Shown piece by piece: positions 13,184 through 25,635 of a stretch of DNA of 64,000 nucleotides; the stretch's first letter is position 1; each line of letters opens with the position of its first letter. The notes beneath the pieces were generated by a model that was not told the origin of the DNA, did not search any database, and saw nothing but the letters and a program-made list of their open reading frames with translations. The translations under genes were made by a program, and so were the position numbers. The DNA is from Octopus vulgaris (Eukaryota): NCBI GenBank assembly GCA_951406725.2, contig OX597820.1, forward strand, positions 81,096,001 to 81,160,000, in the 5' to 3' direction.

Positions 13184-13699
13184 ATTACATGGAAAAATGC
13201 AAGCATGAAAAGTCATATTCTTAAGATTATAAACCTGGAAAAGTACAGGACAAGTTATTACACCTGTAAAAGTATAGGAGAAACTATTACTTCTAGTAAA
13301 GTAAAGAATAAGAAATTTTTTACTTAAAATAATGCAGCAAAGAATGCCAGTTCTTCTAATTTATCGCTCTTTAGAGTTCTCATCTTTTAAATTTATAGTA
13401 CAAAACTGTTCTGCTAATTTGTAAGTTTGTCTAATTAGTCACTTTTTCCTGTATTTAAGGTAGTAAATTAGCCAAATTCTACTTAAATAAGTATAATGTT
13501 ATTTGTAAACTATAATAAAATAAGTTTTAATATTCAAATTTTAATTTTAGCTGCAATATTTTAAGTAAAATGTTTCTTATTCTTTACTAGAAGTAATAGC
13601 TTGTCCTACACTTTTACAGGTGTAATAACTTATCTTGTACTTTTCCAGGTTTATAATCTTAAGAATAGGACTTTTCATGCTTGCATTTTTCCATGTAAT
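13184..13699. repeat. Long inverted repeat (about 150-bp arms), foldback/MITE-like
   Basis: 13184-13338 is the near reverse complement of 13550-13699. Confidence 0.85.
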
Positions 13700-14540
13700 C
13701 CATGATTTTTCCAGGCATTGCTGTTATAAGATAATAATAACATGTCAATTAATAATTCAAGATTTCCATGTAAGTGATGATAATATTTAAATTATTTTCA
13801 TGTTTAATTTAAATATATGTTGTGATTTAATTATTTGATATTACACATCCACACCAAATTAATGGCAGGGATTTTTACCATGTTGTTGGTTGCACCATGG
13901 CTCACCTAAAGTTACAAACTACAAGACCTAAAATCCATCAGTTACCAGGCTCACCTTAAGTAACCTAATTCTGCAATATCAGGAGGTCACAGGAATTCAT
14001 TCAACAAAAAAAAAAATTTCTAATGATTCCGGAATTGGGGGGAAACCCCCCTACCTCATTTTTTATTAACCAAAATAAGGGATTTGCAGCATATTAGGCG
14101 GTCAGGGTTCTTGATTCCACACAAAAAAATCAATTTTTTCTTTTTTCTTAATGAAAATCGTGTGGGTGTTAATATAGAAATTGACCATAATGTTGTTGTT
14201 ATTTAGCCTCATATAAACCCTGATACTGCAAACGTATCACCAAAGACATTCTAGCCTTCAGCAAACAATCTTTGTAGGGATAATCTAGGGCATTACATAC
14301 AATGGGCATGTGATTTAGGTAGGGGGATACTTTGGCTACTATTTTTAGCCTGTTGAGTGACCAGGTAGAGGCTCTTTCATTGGTTTGATTGTGTAATGAG
14401 ATTTTTTTACACATATATGTAATATGTACATATATCATTGGCAGAAGTTAGAGAGTAAATCAAAAGCTGAGAGTTTCATGTATTGGCACTTATCAAACAC
14501 AAATTTGTTCATTGTCACTTTGTAACTTCTAATGAAATAA

Positions 14541-14960
14541 CTTCTAAAATGCAAAATTTTGTCAAAAACGTTCAGAGCAAACCCTGTTCTATGTGACACA
14601 TTCTACCAGTATTAGAAGTTTGAAAGTGTTTAGTTAAAAAAAAATTAATCAAATAATCTGTATGTCTAATTGAATAGATCCGAAATGGATGAAAGGTAAA
14701 GCTGACGCAGCGGAATTTAAACTCAGAATGTAAAGACAGAGGAAATACTGCTTCTAAAATACAAAATTTTGTCAAAAACGTTAAGAATAAACCCTGTTCT
14801 ATGTGACATATTCTACTAGTATCGGAAGTTTGAAAGTGTTTAGTTAAAAAAAAATTTAATAATTTATTTGTCCAAGTTGACCTTGGCGAAATTTGAACTC
14901 AAAAATGTAAAGACAGACAAAATACTGTTAAGCATTTCGCCTGGCATGCTTACATTTCTG
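14541..14960. repeat. About 210-bp tandem duplication, each unit ending in a SINE fragment
   Basis: CTTCTAAAAT(G/A)CAAAATTTTGTCAAAAACGTT..GAAGTTTGAAAGTGTTTAGTTAAAAAAAAA at 14541 and 14751. Confidence 0.85.
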
Positions 14961-15160
14961 CCAGCTCACTGCCTTAGAAAGTAAACATTCGTTTTAGAAA
15001 TATATTCCTTATTCTTATTGCTTAAGCATTACTACCTTATTTACTGACATGAAATTTTGTAACATTTTATCTCATAACTCTTTTTCTACTAATTTTTGTT
15101 CATTGTGACTAGTGATTCTGAATTCCTCATGCATTTTTCTATCATTTAAGCCTAAGTATA

Positions 15161-15649
15161 CCATAAATCCTTGAGTATAATCCGCATTTTTTTCCCAAAA
15201 TTTAATGGTCAAAATCCCAAGTGCGTACTATATACGAGGTGAAAAATGAAAATTATTTTCTAAGCTATGTCCGAGTCTCTATTTGCTGTCCGGCAACATT
15301 TATTCAGATGCATTTTGTAATGTTGGGCAGGAAAATACCTTTAGCTAAGCCTGAAAGCAATGAAGTCAGAAAAGAATCATCCATAACTTGCAGTAAGCAA
15401 CATTTATTAAATGTTATTACTGTTATTTCTTTATTTTCTGCAAACAAAATGCACAAAAAAGCTGCACGTTTGCATTATGTTATATATACAATAATAATAA
15501 AGGATGTTACCGTATACAGTTTTACAAACTTCACTCAAGTTAGAGAAGGGGTGCATATTATACACAAAATTAAGGCCTCTAGAGGTACAGCCTCCTAAAA
15601 ATCCCCTGCATATTATACTCAAGGGTGGACTATACTCGAGGATTTACGG
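15161..15649. mobile_element. Tc1/mariner-superfamily (pogo/Tc2-like) MITE
   Basis: TA|CCATAAATCCTTGAGTATAATCC ... GGACTATACTCGAGGATTTACGG|TA: terminal inverted repeats with TA target duplication. Confidence 0.85.
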
Positions 15650-16557
15650 TACTTTTTATTTAAAATTGAAAAAATTTATGATAATTGAAGATTAATATCT
15701 GCCTTAACAATGAAAGGCTGATTTTGGGTGATTCATTTGACAGAGTTAGTAGAGAGCCAATCTGATGATAAATCTGACCTTGAATTTTGAAAGTTTGCAT
15801 GAATCCTGGCATAGTTAAATCTATCATGGCTCCAAATGATGTCATTTGTAGTGTAGCATTGTATTGTCTAATTTTGTTTTGGAAATGCTGGAATCTTGGT
15901 CAGTTGATGACAACAGTTTCTTCAATGGCTCTGGAGGTTGGGAGATTGCAGGGAATTTAACCTTTCCACAGCTGCAGCACAGTGCAGGTGTCTCTCCAGG
16001 CCACTTCCTTGCTTTATAATGTATGCACTCAGTTGTCATTGCACCAATGGAAACTCTAGTGTCATCTGCCTAATGAACTGCTGGATCATAATTGAAAGCT
16101 GCTTCACAGAAGTTGCTTCTCTGAGCTGTTGCAATTGTTCTTCATTCTGCAGTAGAGATCCTATTCCTTGTCAGCTGTGCATACCTCTGTTCATCACTTT
16201 GAGATGCTCTGGCTTTTGTAGTGTACAGTCTGTTCGTTTCTTGGTATGCTTCCCTTTCTGCAGCTATCTCTCTTTGCCTGAACAGAGACAATTTTTTTGC
16301 TGACCTTGACATTGTAGACAAATTTGACACTTTCCTTCTAGGTATGGTTATATGCATATACAGAAATACACAGGTGCAGAAGATAGTAAACAATGAAAAA
16401 TAACTGGGTAATGGAAATTATATTTCTTAATACAAGGGGCAGAAAGTAAATAAGAAATTTTTATGGAAAATAAAGAATTGTACGGGTTTAAGCAATATTT
16501 GTCAGTGAACCAAAGAGCCAGTATCGAAGGAATCAGAAAAAAGCCCTTAACAACAGA

Positions 16558-16830
16558 AAAACACAAAACCATTGCAAAAGTAAATAAGAAAGTTTTAGAG
16601 AAATTAACTAAGTGTACAGATTTAAGTGAAATTTTCGAAGTTACTTCTGACAGTAAATCATGAACTTACTTTTATCAGTAATTCCATCAACAACAAAAAA
16701 ACACAAAACATTGCAAAAGTAAATAAGAAATTTGTAGGCAAATTTAATGAAGTGTATGGATTGAAGTGAAATTTATGAAGTTACTTCTGTCAATAAATTC
16801 TGTATGAAATTACTTTCATCAGTAATTGTG
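16558..16830. repeat. About 140-bp two-copy tandem repeat inside the Helitron
   Basis: ACACAAAAC(C)ATTGCAAAAGTAAATAAGAAA..GAAGTTACTTCTG occurs twice. Confidence 0.8.
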
Positions 16831-17254
16831 AACTTCTTTCTGTCAGTAATTTGTTGTTATTGTTTGTAAATAGCAATTGAAAGCTTACAGTGAAAACAAT
16901 AGCTACTTAAAAATGAAAGTGAAAACAACAGAGAGCGAGTGAGATTTAGAAAGAGTGGGGGGAGAGCTAGCTAGTTAGACAAGTAAGATAGAAATAGATA
17001 GATAGATAAGATATAGACTGACAGATATAGGGATAGAGATGGATAGAAAGATTTAGAGAAATGGAGAGACATAGAAAGAGAGATGTAGACATCACTGATG
17101 CTAGAAAACTGGAAGTAGATATTTCAAAAAAAGTTTCAATGACGTGAATCTAATATTAAAAAGCAATATTTAATATTTTTTTATGACCAATGATGTAAGG
17201 GAGACAATCAATTTCTGAAAGTTACTTTGCAAAGAGTATATTTATACACTCTAT

Positions 17255-17683
17255 AGGCATAGGAGTGGCTGTGTGGTGAGTAGCTTGTTTACGAACCCCA
17301 TGGTTCCAGATTCAGTCCCACTGCGAGGCACCTTGGGCAAGTGTCTTCTACTATAGCCTTGGGCCGACCAAAGCCTTGTAAGTGGATTTGGTAGACGGAA
17401 ACTGAAAGAAGCCTGTCGTATATATGTATATATATATATATATATGTGTGTATATGTATATGTATGTGTGTATATATGTTTGTGTGTCTGTGTTTGTCCT
17501 CCCCAACATCGCTTGACAACTGATGCTGGTATGTTTACGCCCCCGTAACTTAGCAGTTCGGCAAAAGAGACTGATAGAGTAAGTACTAGGCTTCCAAAGA
17601 ATAAGTCCTGGGGTCGATTTGCTCGACTAAAGGCGGTGCTCCAGCATGGCCACAGTCACATGACTGAAACAAGTAAAAGAGTA
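17255..17683 (+). mobile_element. tRNA-derived SINE (family A, internal TA/TG microsatellite)
   Basis: A-box TGGCTGTGTGG, B-box-like GATTCAGTCCC, CORE-like CCTTGGGCAAGT, GTAAAAGA tail; many copies in the window. Confidence 0.9.
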
Positions 17684-17699
17684 GTTGCCATATTCCCTT

Positions 17700-17805
17700 C
17701 CATATCAGCTAACTCTGATGAGTGTAAGGATATATAATCAGATGGTTACGTAACATTCCATTGTATTCCTAGCATGAAACCGATTGGTAAGATGAGCTGT
17801 GATGG
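17700..17805 (+). ncRNA. Type I hammerhead ribozyme motif, intact core
   Basis: CTGATGA (17715-21), long stem II, GAAA (17776-79), stem III ACC-GATT-GGT, GTA cleavage triplet (17787-89), imperfect stem I CAGCTAACT/AGATGAGCTG. Confidence 0.72.
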
Positions 17806-17830
17806 ATATACAATACTGTACATTTCAGAT

Positions 17831-17885
<55 letters not shown>

Positions 17886-18922
17886 ATGTATATGCATACA
17901 TATATATATATATATCTGTCTCACTTTCTCTCTATATACTTAAATATATATATATATATACACACACACACGTACATATATACATACAATCTGTGAGTGG
18001 AACAATAAAAATATGCAAAACTTTTCTCAAGTTCCAAATGTGAATTTGTCTGTGTTAACTACATCCCAAAGATGGAGCTTTGCATCTTTGTTGGAAACCA
18101 GCTCCCTCCTCAGTGTAAGAATTATAATAATTAAAAAATAGAAGTGATATACATATAAGCAATCACTGATGCGGAATTCTGAAGTCCCTTTACCTGTGTC
18201 AAGGACATAGCTATCTATCTTGTGCTGGTGTCATGAAACATGTGCCCCGTACATTCTGTAAAGTGCAAAATTATGAGAATTCTTTAGTCTTCTTGAGGAT
18301 ATGACACCTCTTTAGTAATGGTGTTATAAAAAAATTACAGATTACACTCTGTAAAATGGTTGGTGCTAGGAAAGCCATTTGGCAATAAAAATCAAACTAT
18401 AAATGAAACACAAACAGGATGCAATCACCCAGCCTGTTTAGGTGAGTAATAGCCTTCTGTATGTGCTGACTCCAAGCACGGTGACTCATCCAACCTATAG
18501 TAGCATGGAAAGCAGATTTAAAATTACCCCCCCCCCACACACACACACATACATACACATTTATCTGTGTATAACACTTGACAACAACATGTTTTCCTAT
18601 TTTCCAAAATCAATATTTTAGTGTGCTATAAAAGTTTTGAAATATGAATCTTCTTCTCTTTAACTGCTTCCGCTGTATTTAATACTTGTAGCATTAAATA
18701 TTGTTAATATTTAATAAAAACTGTAATCACTAAGAAGCAACAGAAGTAACTCCACAAGGAAATTGTTTAAGACATGCTGGACTGTGCACCCACAACTCAG
18801 ACTTCATTTGTCTTGGAGACAAATTTTGCCAACACTCTCTACATGCACAAATCCTCCATTTAAATGGAATGCACTGATTCTGTGCCTATTCCCACTTCAT
18901 GAGAAATTTCCTGGATTGTTAC

Positions 18923-19229
18923 TGATATGTCCTGCATTATGATGACATATCTTTGTTGTCTGTAACCCTGCTTGCTGAGTCTGTCCACTATTTATCAGTA
19001 GTGGAACAGCCCACTTCTCACTTGGGAATGTCCACCACAACACCTCCCCACTTTGAAATTTTTTTTCATATTTTGTTTCTTTTGCTTACCAACCACATGG
19101 TTCCGGGTTCAGTCCCACTGCGTGGAACCTTGGGCAAGTGTTTTCTACTATAACCTCGGGCCGACCAAAGCTTTGTGAGTGGATTTGGTAGACAGAGACT
19201 GAAAGAAGCCTGTCGTATATATGTATATG

Positions 19230-19268
<39 letters not shown>

Positions 19269-20096
19269 CTGTGTTTGTCCCCCCAACATCACTTGATAAC
19301 CGATGCTGGTGTGTTTACATCCCTGTAACTTAGCGGTTCAGCAAAAGAGCCCGATAGAATAAGTACTAGGCTTACAAAGAATAAGTCCTGGGGTCAATTT
19401 GCTCAACTAAGGGTGGTGCTCCAGCATGGCCACAGTCAAATGACTGAAACAAGTAAAAGAGAGTAAAGAGAGTACAACAGAATTATTTATTTTCTTCAGA
19501 ATGCCGCAGGTAGTACCAGTCTACATTGTTTACCAGTAGTGCTACTAACACATAGCAACCCGACTTAAATCCTTCACACGAGTTTATTATTATTATTTCT
19601 TCTTCCACACAGAATTATTTTCTCTTCAGAATGCTTTAGGTAGTACCAGTCTACATTGTTTACCAGTAGCACTACTAACACATAGTGACCTGACTAAAAT
19701 CCTTCGAATGGAATTTTATCATTTTTCACTGTGTATAGATCAGTTCTGTGTTAGAGTTTCAGTTTTACCAGACATTTTTTTCTTTGGAATCTTTGTTCAA
19801 TAGAATTTATATATTTTTCACTGTGATAGCTCAGTTCCTTCTTCAAATTTTTCACTGTGTATAGTTCTTCCATTTCGACACTCCTTGGAGCATTCATAAC
19901 CTTGTTACTACTGTTATAACAATACCATTATACAGTGGGAGGTACTGATATGTCCTACATTATCATGATGTAACTTCATCATCTGAGTGAGTGGCCCATA
20001 CAGTGTACCTTGCTGACTGACCCTGCTTGCTGTCTCTGTCCACTATTTATCAGTAGTGGAACAGCCCTTTCTCACTTGGGGGTGTCCACCACAACA
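18923..20096 (-). mobile_element. Miniature non-autonomous LTR retroelement (TRIM-like)
   Basis: Two TG..CA direct repeats (19946-20096 and 18923-19042), PPT AAAGTGGGGAGG abutting the 3' LTR, perfect 5-bp TSD GTTAC (18918-22 and 20097-101). Confidence 0.85.
19083..19474 (+). mobile_element. SINE family A, 5'-clipped, inside the mini-LTR element
   Basis: Matches 17285-17683. Confidence 0.9.
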
Positions 20097-21108
20097 GTTA
20101 CATGACAATCTACCATGACTATTCACTGAACCTTTTCAATTGGCTCATTGTTTCACGTTGTGGATGGCCAGCCTGAACATGCTTCACTCTCTATTGAGGT
20201 GTGGCAATATTGAAGCACAGGTTTGAAGGCCTGCTGAATCTTCCAGATGGTTTGAGCTTGAGTATCACCTAGCTTTTGGCAAAACTTGATGCACTATCTC
20301 TGCTCAATGTGTTCCATGAAAAGGAAAATCTGACAAACACACACTACATGTCTGTACTCTAGGCATAACAGTCAAGAACTGATGTAGCCTACCTGCATGA
20401 AAGTTTTCATGCATGTGCAGGAAGGGTGGCATTACCTTCCACCCAATGGATTTTGCCCATGCAGCATTAGTTTTGGTAGGGAAAAGAGTTGGATACATAC
20501 ACCTCATATGTATGTACACACACACACACACACACGCATATGTACTACTTATGTTTTTTCTTTGTTATCTAATCTTAAGGGTGGGTGAAATATTTTCAAT
20601 ACATCATTTCTGTGATCCTCTCACCTGAGTCTAAATCCAAGAGGGCATTGGTTCTTTTTCTTGTGTTGCATGTGAGCTGTCATGTTATTTTGTGCATGTG
20701 TGTGGTATGTATGTGAGCACAGCTCTTCACAGTCCATTTCTAATTTCTTAATTTCTTTCTTCTTCTGTTGCAGTATCTTCAAGATCTTTATCTCTTTGTT
20801 GATCTAGCTAGGATCTTAAGCATTCTATAAATTTTAAAATTACAACATTTTATTTATTTATTTATCAATTTTTTAATTTCAATCTACATGTTCATTATGC
20901 CATCATTTTGTTGAAGTATGTAGACTTAAGCTTAAGTCATTCACATATGAATGAGTGTTTTTGATAGATAAAAGGCTCAACCACAGGTCTTGAACTTGCA
21001 ATTTAAATAATATCAGAACAGCTGAAATGTCACCATCATGTTTATGATGATGAAGTTTAGAAAGTAATCATATTGATAATGATGATATGATAATGAATAC
21101 CATTATGT

Positions 21109-21139
<31 letters not shown>

Positions 21140-21178
21140 ACTGACATTGATATAAAATTTATTTCAGAAATTACTTAC

Positions 21179-21426
21179 TATCATACATGAGGCCAGTCAT
21201 TTTAGTCCGTGTAATGTTATCATACCGCTGAACTTCAAAACCCAGAGCTTGGAACCGTTCTTCAAGACGTTCAGCGTCGATATCCGTACCTTCTCTTGCA
21301 TGTTGACCAGTTGATTCATCAAAGTGTTTATTGTTAATGATTATGAAAATTCCTCGCCTTTTATTGTTGAAGTTGTATTCCAAAGGATCTGATGGGGCCC
21401 CTGGTCTCAGTGACTTTTTATCTCCA
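21179..21426 (-). CDS. Caspase (peptidase C14, caspase-3/7-like) coding exon, N-terminal part of large subunit
   Basis: Translates GDKKSLRPGAPSDPLEYNFNNKRRGIFIIINNKHFDESTGQHAREGTDIDAERLEERFQALGFEVQRYDNITRTKMTGLMYD, the caspase Y..RG.xIIINNxxF...RxGTxxDAxxL...FxxLGFxV pattern; ttttacag acceptor and gtaagt donor; 248 nt, phase 2 in and phase 1 out. Confidence 0.93.
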
Positions 21427-21835
21427 CTGTAAAATATAATTAATAACCGATAAATCATTTTTTTAGTTAAACATGAAGTAGCTCATAACACATTAAAAAT
21501 AATAATAATTATTATTACCATTGATTTTAACATTGGCATAAGGCCACAGTCAATTAAATCAACTGCCTTATTTAATATCTACTTATTTTATCATTTCTGA
21601 AAGAATAATAGGCTGAATAAATCTGGGAGGGATTTGAACTCAGAATATACTGGGATGCAACAAAATACCAAAAGGCATTTAGCCAAACACAGTTCTATTA
21701 ACTATGACTTGATCCACCTTGGTGTTTCACCAATTCAACCAGCTACTATTTTTAATGATTTCTAGTAGAGACACAAACCACATATGTTCCACAAAGTTCA
21801 ATATATTGATGGAGGGAAGGAACTCAAACACACAC

Positions 21836-21836
<1 letters not shown>

Positions 21837-21878
<42 letters not shown>
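21837..21878. repeat. (ATG)n microsatellite
   Basis: Direct inspection; explains the poly-M, poly-I and poly-S ORFs. Confidence 0.95.
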
Positions 21879-24800
21879 CACACATAGATATGAACGTATT
21901 TGTATGATTTGGTACAGATATATGTGTATGTGAAATGTACTTGACAACACTGCTAGTGCTGGTGAGCCACATAAATGGTGATGTCTCTCTTTCAACCCAA
22001 GTGGGAGTTACAAAGTCTAACTGTAGGCTTTTTGGGGGTGGGGGCCTGAGGGTTTCTGGATCTGGGGGATATGGTAATTCATTATAAGTATCTCAAGATA
22101 TTTATGACAATGATTAAACAGTTTGCAGTAAGACCATATATGTTTCCATATAATGTTTTTTTTGTTCTGGCTCACTATCAAAATATACATCCTAACTCCT
22201 GGCATAATTTTCTTCTCAAGTGAGACTAAGCTACTGTTTTCATTTGTTATAAAATCAAGAGTCTATTAGATTTGCTGATTAATTTTCAATATCAAACCTT
22301 TTGGAAATAACTATTCATGGCAATGACTTATTTAAAAACGAGAATGAATTCCATATATACTGTCACTTAGACTAAGGCAATAAATTGTAAACTGGTCGAG
22401 TCATTAAAGTATTGGATAGAATAAATTATAGAATATGCTTTGGCTCTTTACACTTTAAGTTCAAATTCAGTTAAGGTCAAGTTTGCTTTACAATTTTTGA
22501 AGTTAATAAATAATTCATGAGAGCAAGGTGGTAGAGTTGGACAAAATATCTTGCAATTTCCATTCTGAAGGCAATGCCTTCAATAGCATTAGTGGTCCCT
22601 TGCTTTTACTTTGGGCAACATCAGTGACATAGAGAGGGGAAACTTGCATGTATTGGTAACTGCTAGTTTTCTATACAAAACGTGTCCAAACCTGCATACC
22701 GAAAACAAACTAACCAGGGTAGAGTAATGATAAAAAACAAAAAAACATATAGGGCCCCTTACCACTGAGTCAAGCAAGGAAATTATTCTCAGATTTGGAG
22801 AAAGTGCCCGACCCACAGGTTTGGTGGTGTTACTCTGGTCTAAAGATTAAATCTACATCTGAACAACACGAATTGTGTAAATGAGAGTCTTCTACACAAT
22901 TCCTATGAACCTAATTTCACCCTCAAGTATTTTGTTGGCCAGAGGCTATGATAGAAGACACTTGTACAAGATGTTGAGCAGTGGGATTGGACCTGAAACC
23001 ATGTAGTTGTGAAGTAGACGTTTTTTACAATACAAAGCAACACAACCGTTATTGTTTCCAGTGTAATGTTTTTGCTATGTTTTTTTTCTTTGCTGCTTTC
23101 CATTCTTGTATAGATGGCTGGTTTATTTACACCAAAAGTCATTTATGCAGCTTTCTACCACAAGTGGTGCATGGCCTGGTGGTTAAAGTATTGAACTTAT
23201 GATTACAAGATCATGGTTTTGATTCCTAGGCCAAGTGGTGCCTTCTGTTCTTCAGCAAAATAATTCATTTCAAATTGCTCCTGTCGACTCAGCTATAAAT
23301 GAATAGCCCTACAACAGACTGACATCCTGTTCAGGAGGAATATTGTGGTCTCAGTCACTTAAATTCCATGGAAACAATGTAACTGGCCCTATGAGGCATA
23401 GTACTTGAAACAGTACTTGTTTACTTTCTATCACATTCAACTGTTAAATAAAAATAGATCATCTTTCTTTTTGTCTGGTTAGGCAAACTGCAGTTAGTAG
23501 TTCTGAGTCTTGCTCCTGAGCCAAACAGAATTGCTATTGCAAGATATTAACTAACCATTTGTGGTCAGTTGTCCATGGCTGTAACCTTCCAGCCATTGTA
23601 ACTCCCCTACATTAATAGGAAAACATTATGAATAATAAAAAAAAAGTAATGTAAGTCAACAGGAAAGCAACAATCATTATTTCCACAATCTTAGAAATTT
23701 ATAAGATGTAAGATATATTAATAAAGAAGCTTTTTGCAGATATTTAAACCTGTTAGTACAGCAGTCAAAGTGTCAATAAAAAACTGTTTGCTATAATTGC
23801 TGGAACCAATTATTCCAAACCAAAAGCAATAGAAAATATTTCTAACATTTATGGTAAACCAACAAGTAGAAAACAAATGCAATTATCATTTTTCAAAGAC
23901 ATCCAATTTTCTGACATTAAAACCAGATGCCACTTAAATTACAGAATAAATAATGACACCCCAGAATACCTTCTAATATGATTAATTTCAGTTATTAAAA
24001 AAAAAAAAAAAAATCAATGTTTCAGAGATTCTTTTTCACATTTATTGTAATGAAATAGAAATATGTAATAGCTATTTGTAGAGAAAAAAAAATAAATAAA
24101 GAACAGATTGAAAGCTGAAGGTAACCGAAATTATCTACTATTTCAAGGGATCTGCCAAGTACAGAATTTTGATTAAATACTTCTCCAGCAGTTGCCTTAC
24201 TAGAGACCATGCATCAGTAGTAATTCTCCTTAGTACAAAATCAAGCTGCATCTTATCTAAGACAACTCACTTCCTAATTAGTAGAGCTATAACCCTTTCT
24301 GTAACTTTTTTGATCCAGCAATTTGACATCTCAGTAAAAACTAAGGCAATTTCTTTACTATTGTGTGACAACCCTGTATCACAAGGTGTCGTAAATTACC
24401 ATTACAATTTGAAAAATCTTTTTAAAAAAATGGGGAATAACTCCGCAAAGTTTACTGGAAAAGGAAAGCAAACAAATAAAGTTTTATTAGAAACATCAGA
24501 ACACTTCCATGTGGGCTCCATTGGTTGTATGTAACTTGCTGAGTTATTCTTATTTTTCTATTTTCTGAATTTTACAAATTAAGGTAAATTTATGGATACT
24601 TTGTATATACTGTGTCCAGTACAACCATTGTTTACAATAAAAGTAGTAGTAGACAGCCCTGTAGTACCTATCTGCAGCTAGATACATGAAACGAAACAAA
24701 GTTTGATCTATGAGGTTGTTTATCCTCAATTTCTGTAATTGATGTCTGTCAGAAATGATGAATAGGAAGAGAATTCCAGGATGCTGCAGGTAACTTTGAA

Positions 24801-25294
24801 TAAAAGAACAAGAACTGGAGAATGAGACTTGGCACAAGTGATGAGTTGAAGACATAGTGATAGTAGTCTGTTCCAGGTTAAAAGAACATAAATTTTGTCA
24901 TACCAATAGTAGAAACATAGGAATGATGGTACTGTTTTTAAAAGTGTTTGTAGTTCTATCAATTGCACGATTCCAGATATGCAAGAAGTACTCTGAAGTA
25001 GGTTATACATGTACTCTGTAGAGGTTCAGCAACTATTCAGAATTAAAACAATTTCTGGCGTCGAAAGAAAGATCCCAATTTTTGAAAATTTGTTTTGATT
25101 GTGTTATAAATAAATAAGATATATTTGTTTTTGAAATCTTATTTGAAAGAACACAGGATAAAGATATATCATTAAAACTCTTGCGAATGGTGATGATAAT
25201 GATGACATCAATAAAGGAATGTTTATTGTTATAATACTGATTTGCTAATAATATTTACTCACTATTTTAACACAAAATATTCATGTTCTACAGT

Positions 25295-25635
25295 TTATAC
25301 TATAAAATCTTGATTCTCACAGTTAACACTATATAGTCTCAGTTCCCACAGGGAACACAGTATAATTTTAATTCTTGCAGTTAACATAATATAATCTTAA
25401 TTCCCACACTATATAATGTTAAAAAATTCCCATATAATCATGATTCCTATAGTCAACACTGTATAATTTCAATTCCCTCACAACACTATATAGTCTCAAA
25501 TCCCATGAGTAACACTGTATAATCTTAATTCTTAACAATTCCTGTACTTAATGTTACACAACCTCAATTCTCACAGTTAACTTAATACCTAGTTAACACC
25601 ATATAATTCTAACTCAACTCATACAGTTAACATTT
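25295..25635. repeat. Degenerate minisatellite, about 29-30-bp unit
   Basis: Recurring AATTC(C/T)CACAGTTAACACTATATAATCTT-like unit, about 10 copies. Confidence 0.75.

Larger units (their letters stand above)
12993..17250 (-). mobile_element. Helitron derivative with Rep N-terminal remnant; 5' boundary approximate
   Basis: Minus-strand 3' end CCTGGGCAATGCCGGG..CTAG|T at 12993; 15700-16330 encodes CIHYKARKWPGETPALCCSCGKV..PPEPLKKLL..QMTSFGA..FKIQGQIYHQIGSL typical of the Helitron RepHel N-terminus. Confidence 0.8.
18760..20510 (-). mobile_element. Mariner transposase relic (N-terminal HTH region) interrupted by an LTR element
   Basis: CIKFCQKLGDTQAQTIWKIQQAF..SIESEACSGWPST..VMVDCHVT (20100-20310) resumes as VTIQEISHEVGIGTESVHSI*MEDLCM*RVLAKFVSK (18810-18922). 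Confidence 0.8.

Noticed and set aside
18830-18850. CACRE on the minus strand resembling the caspase QACRG motif
   Set aside because: It is an alternative frame of the mariner relic (EDLCM*RV)
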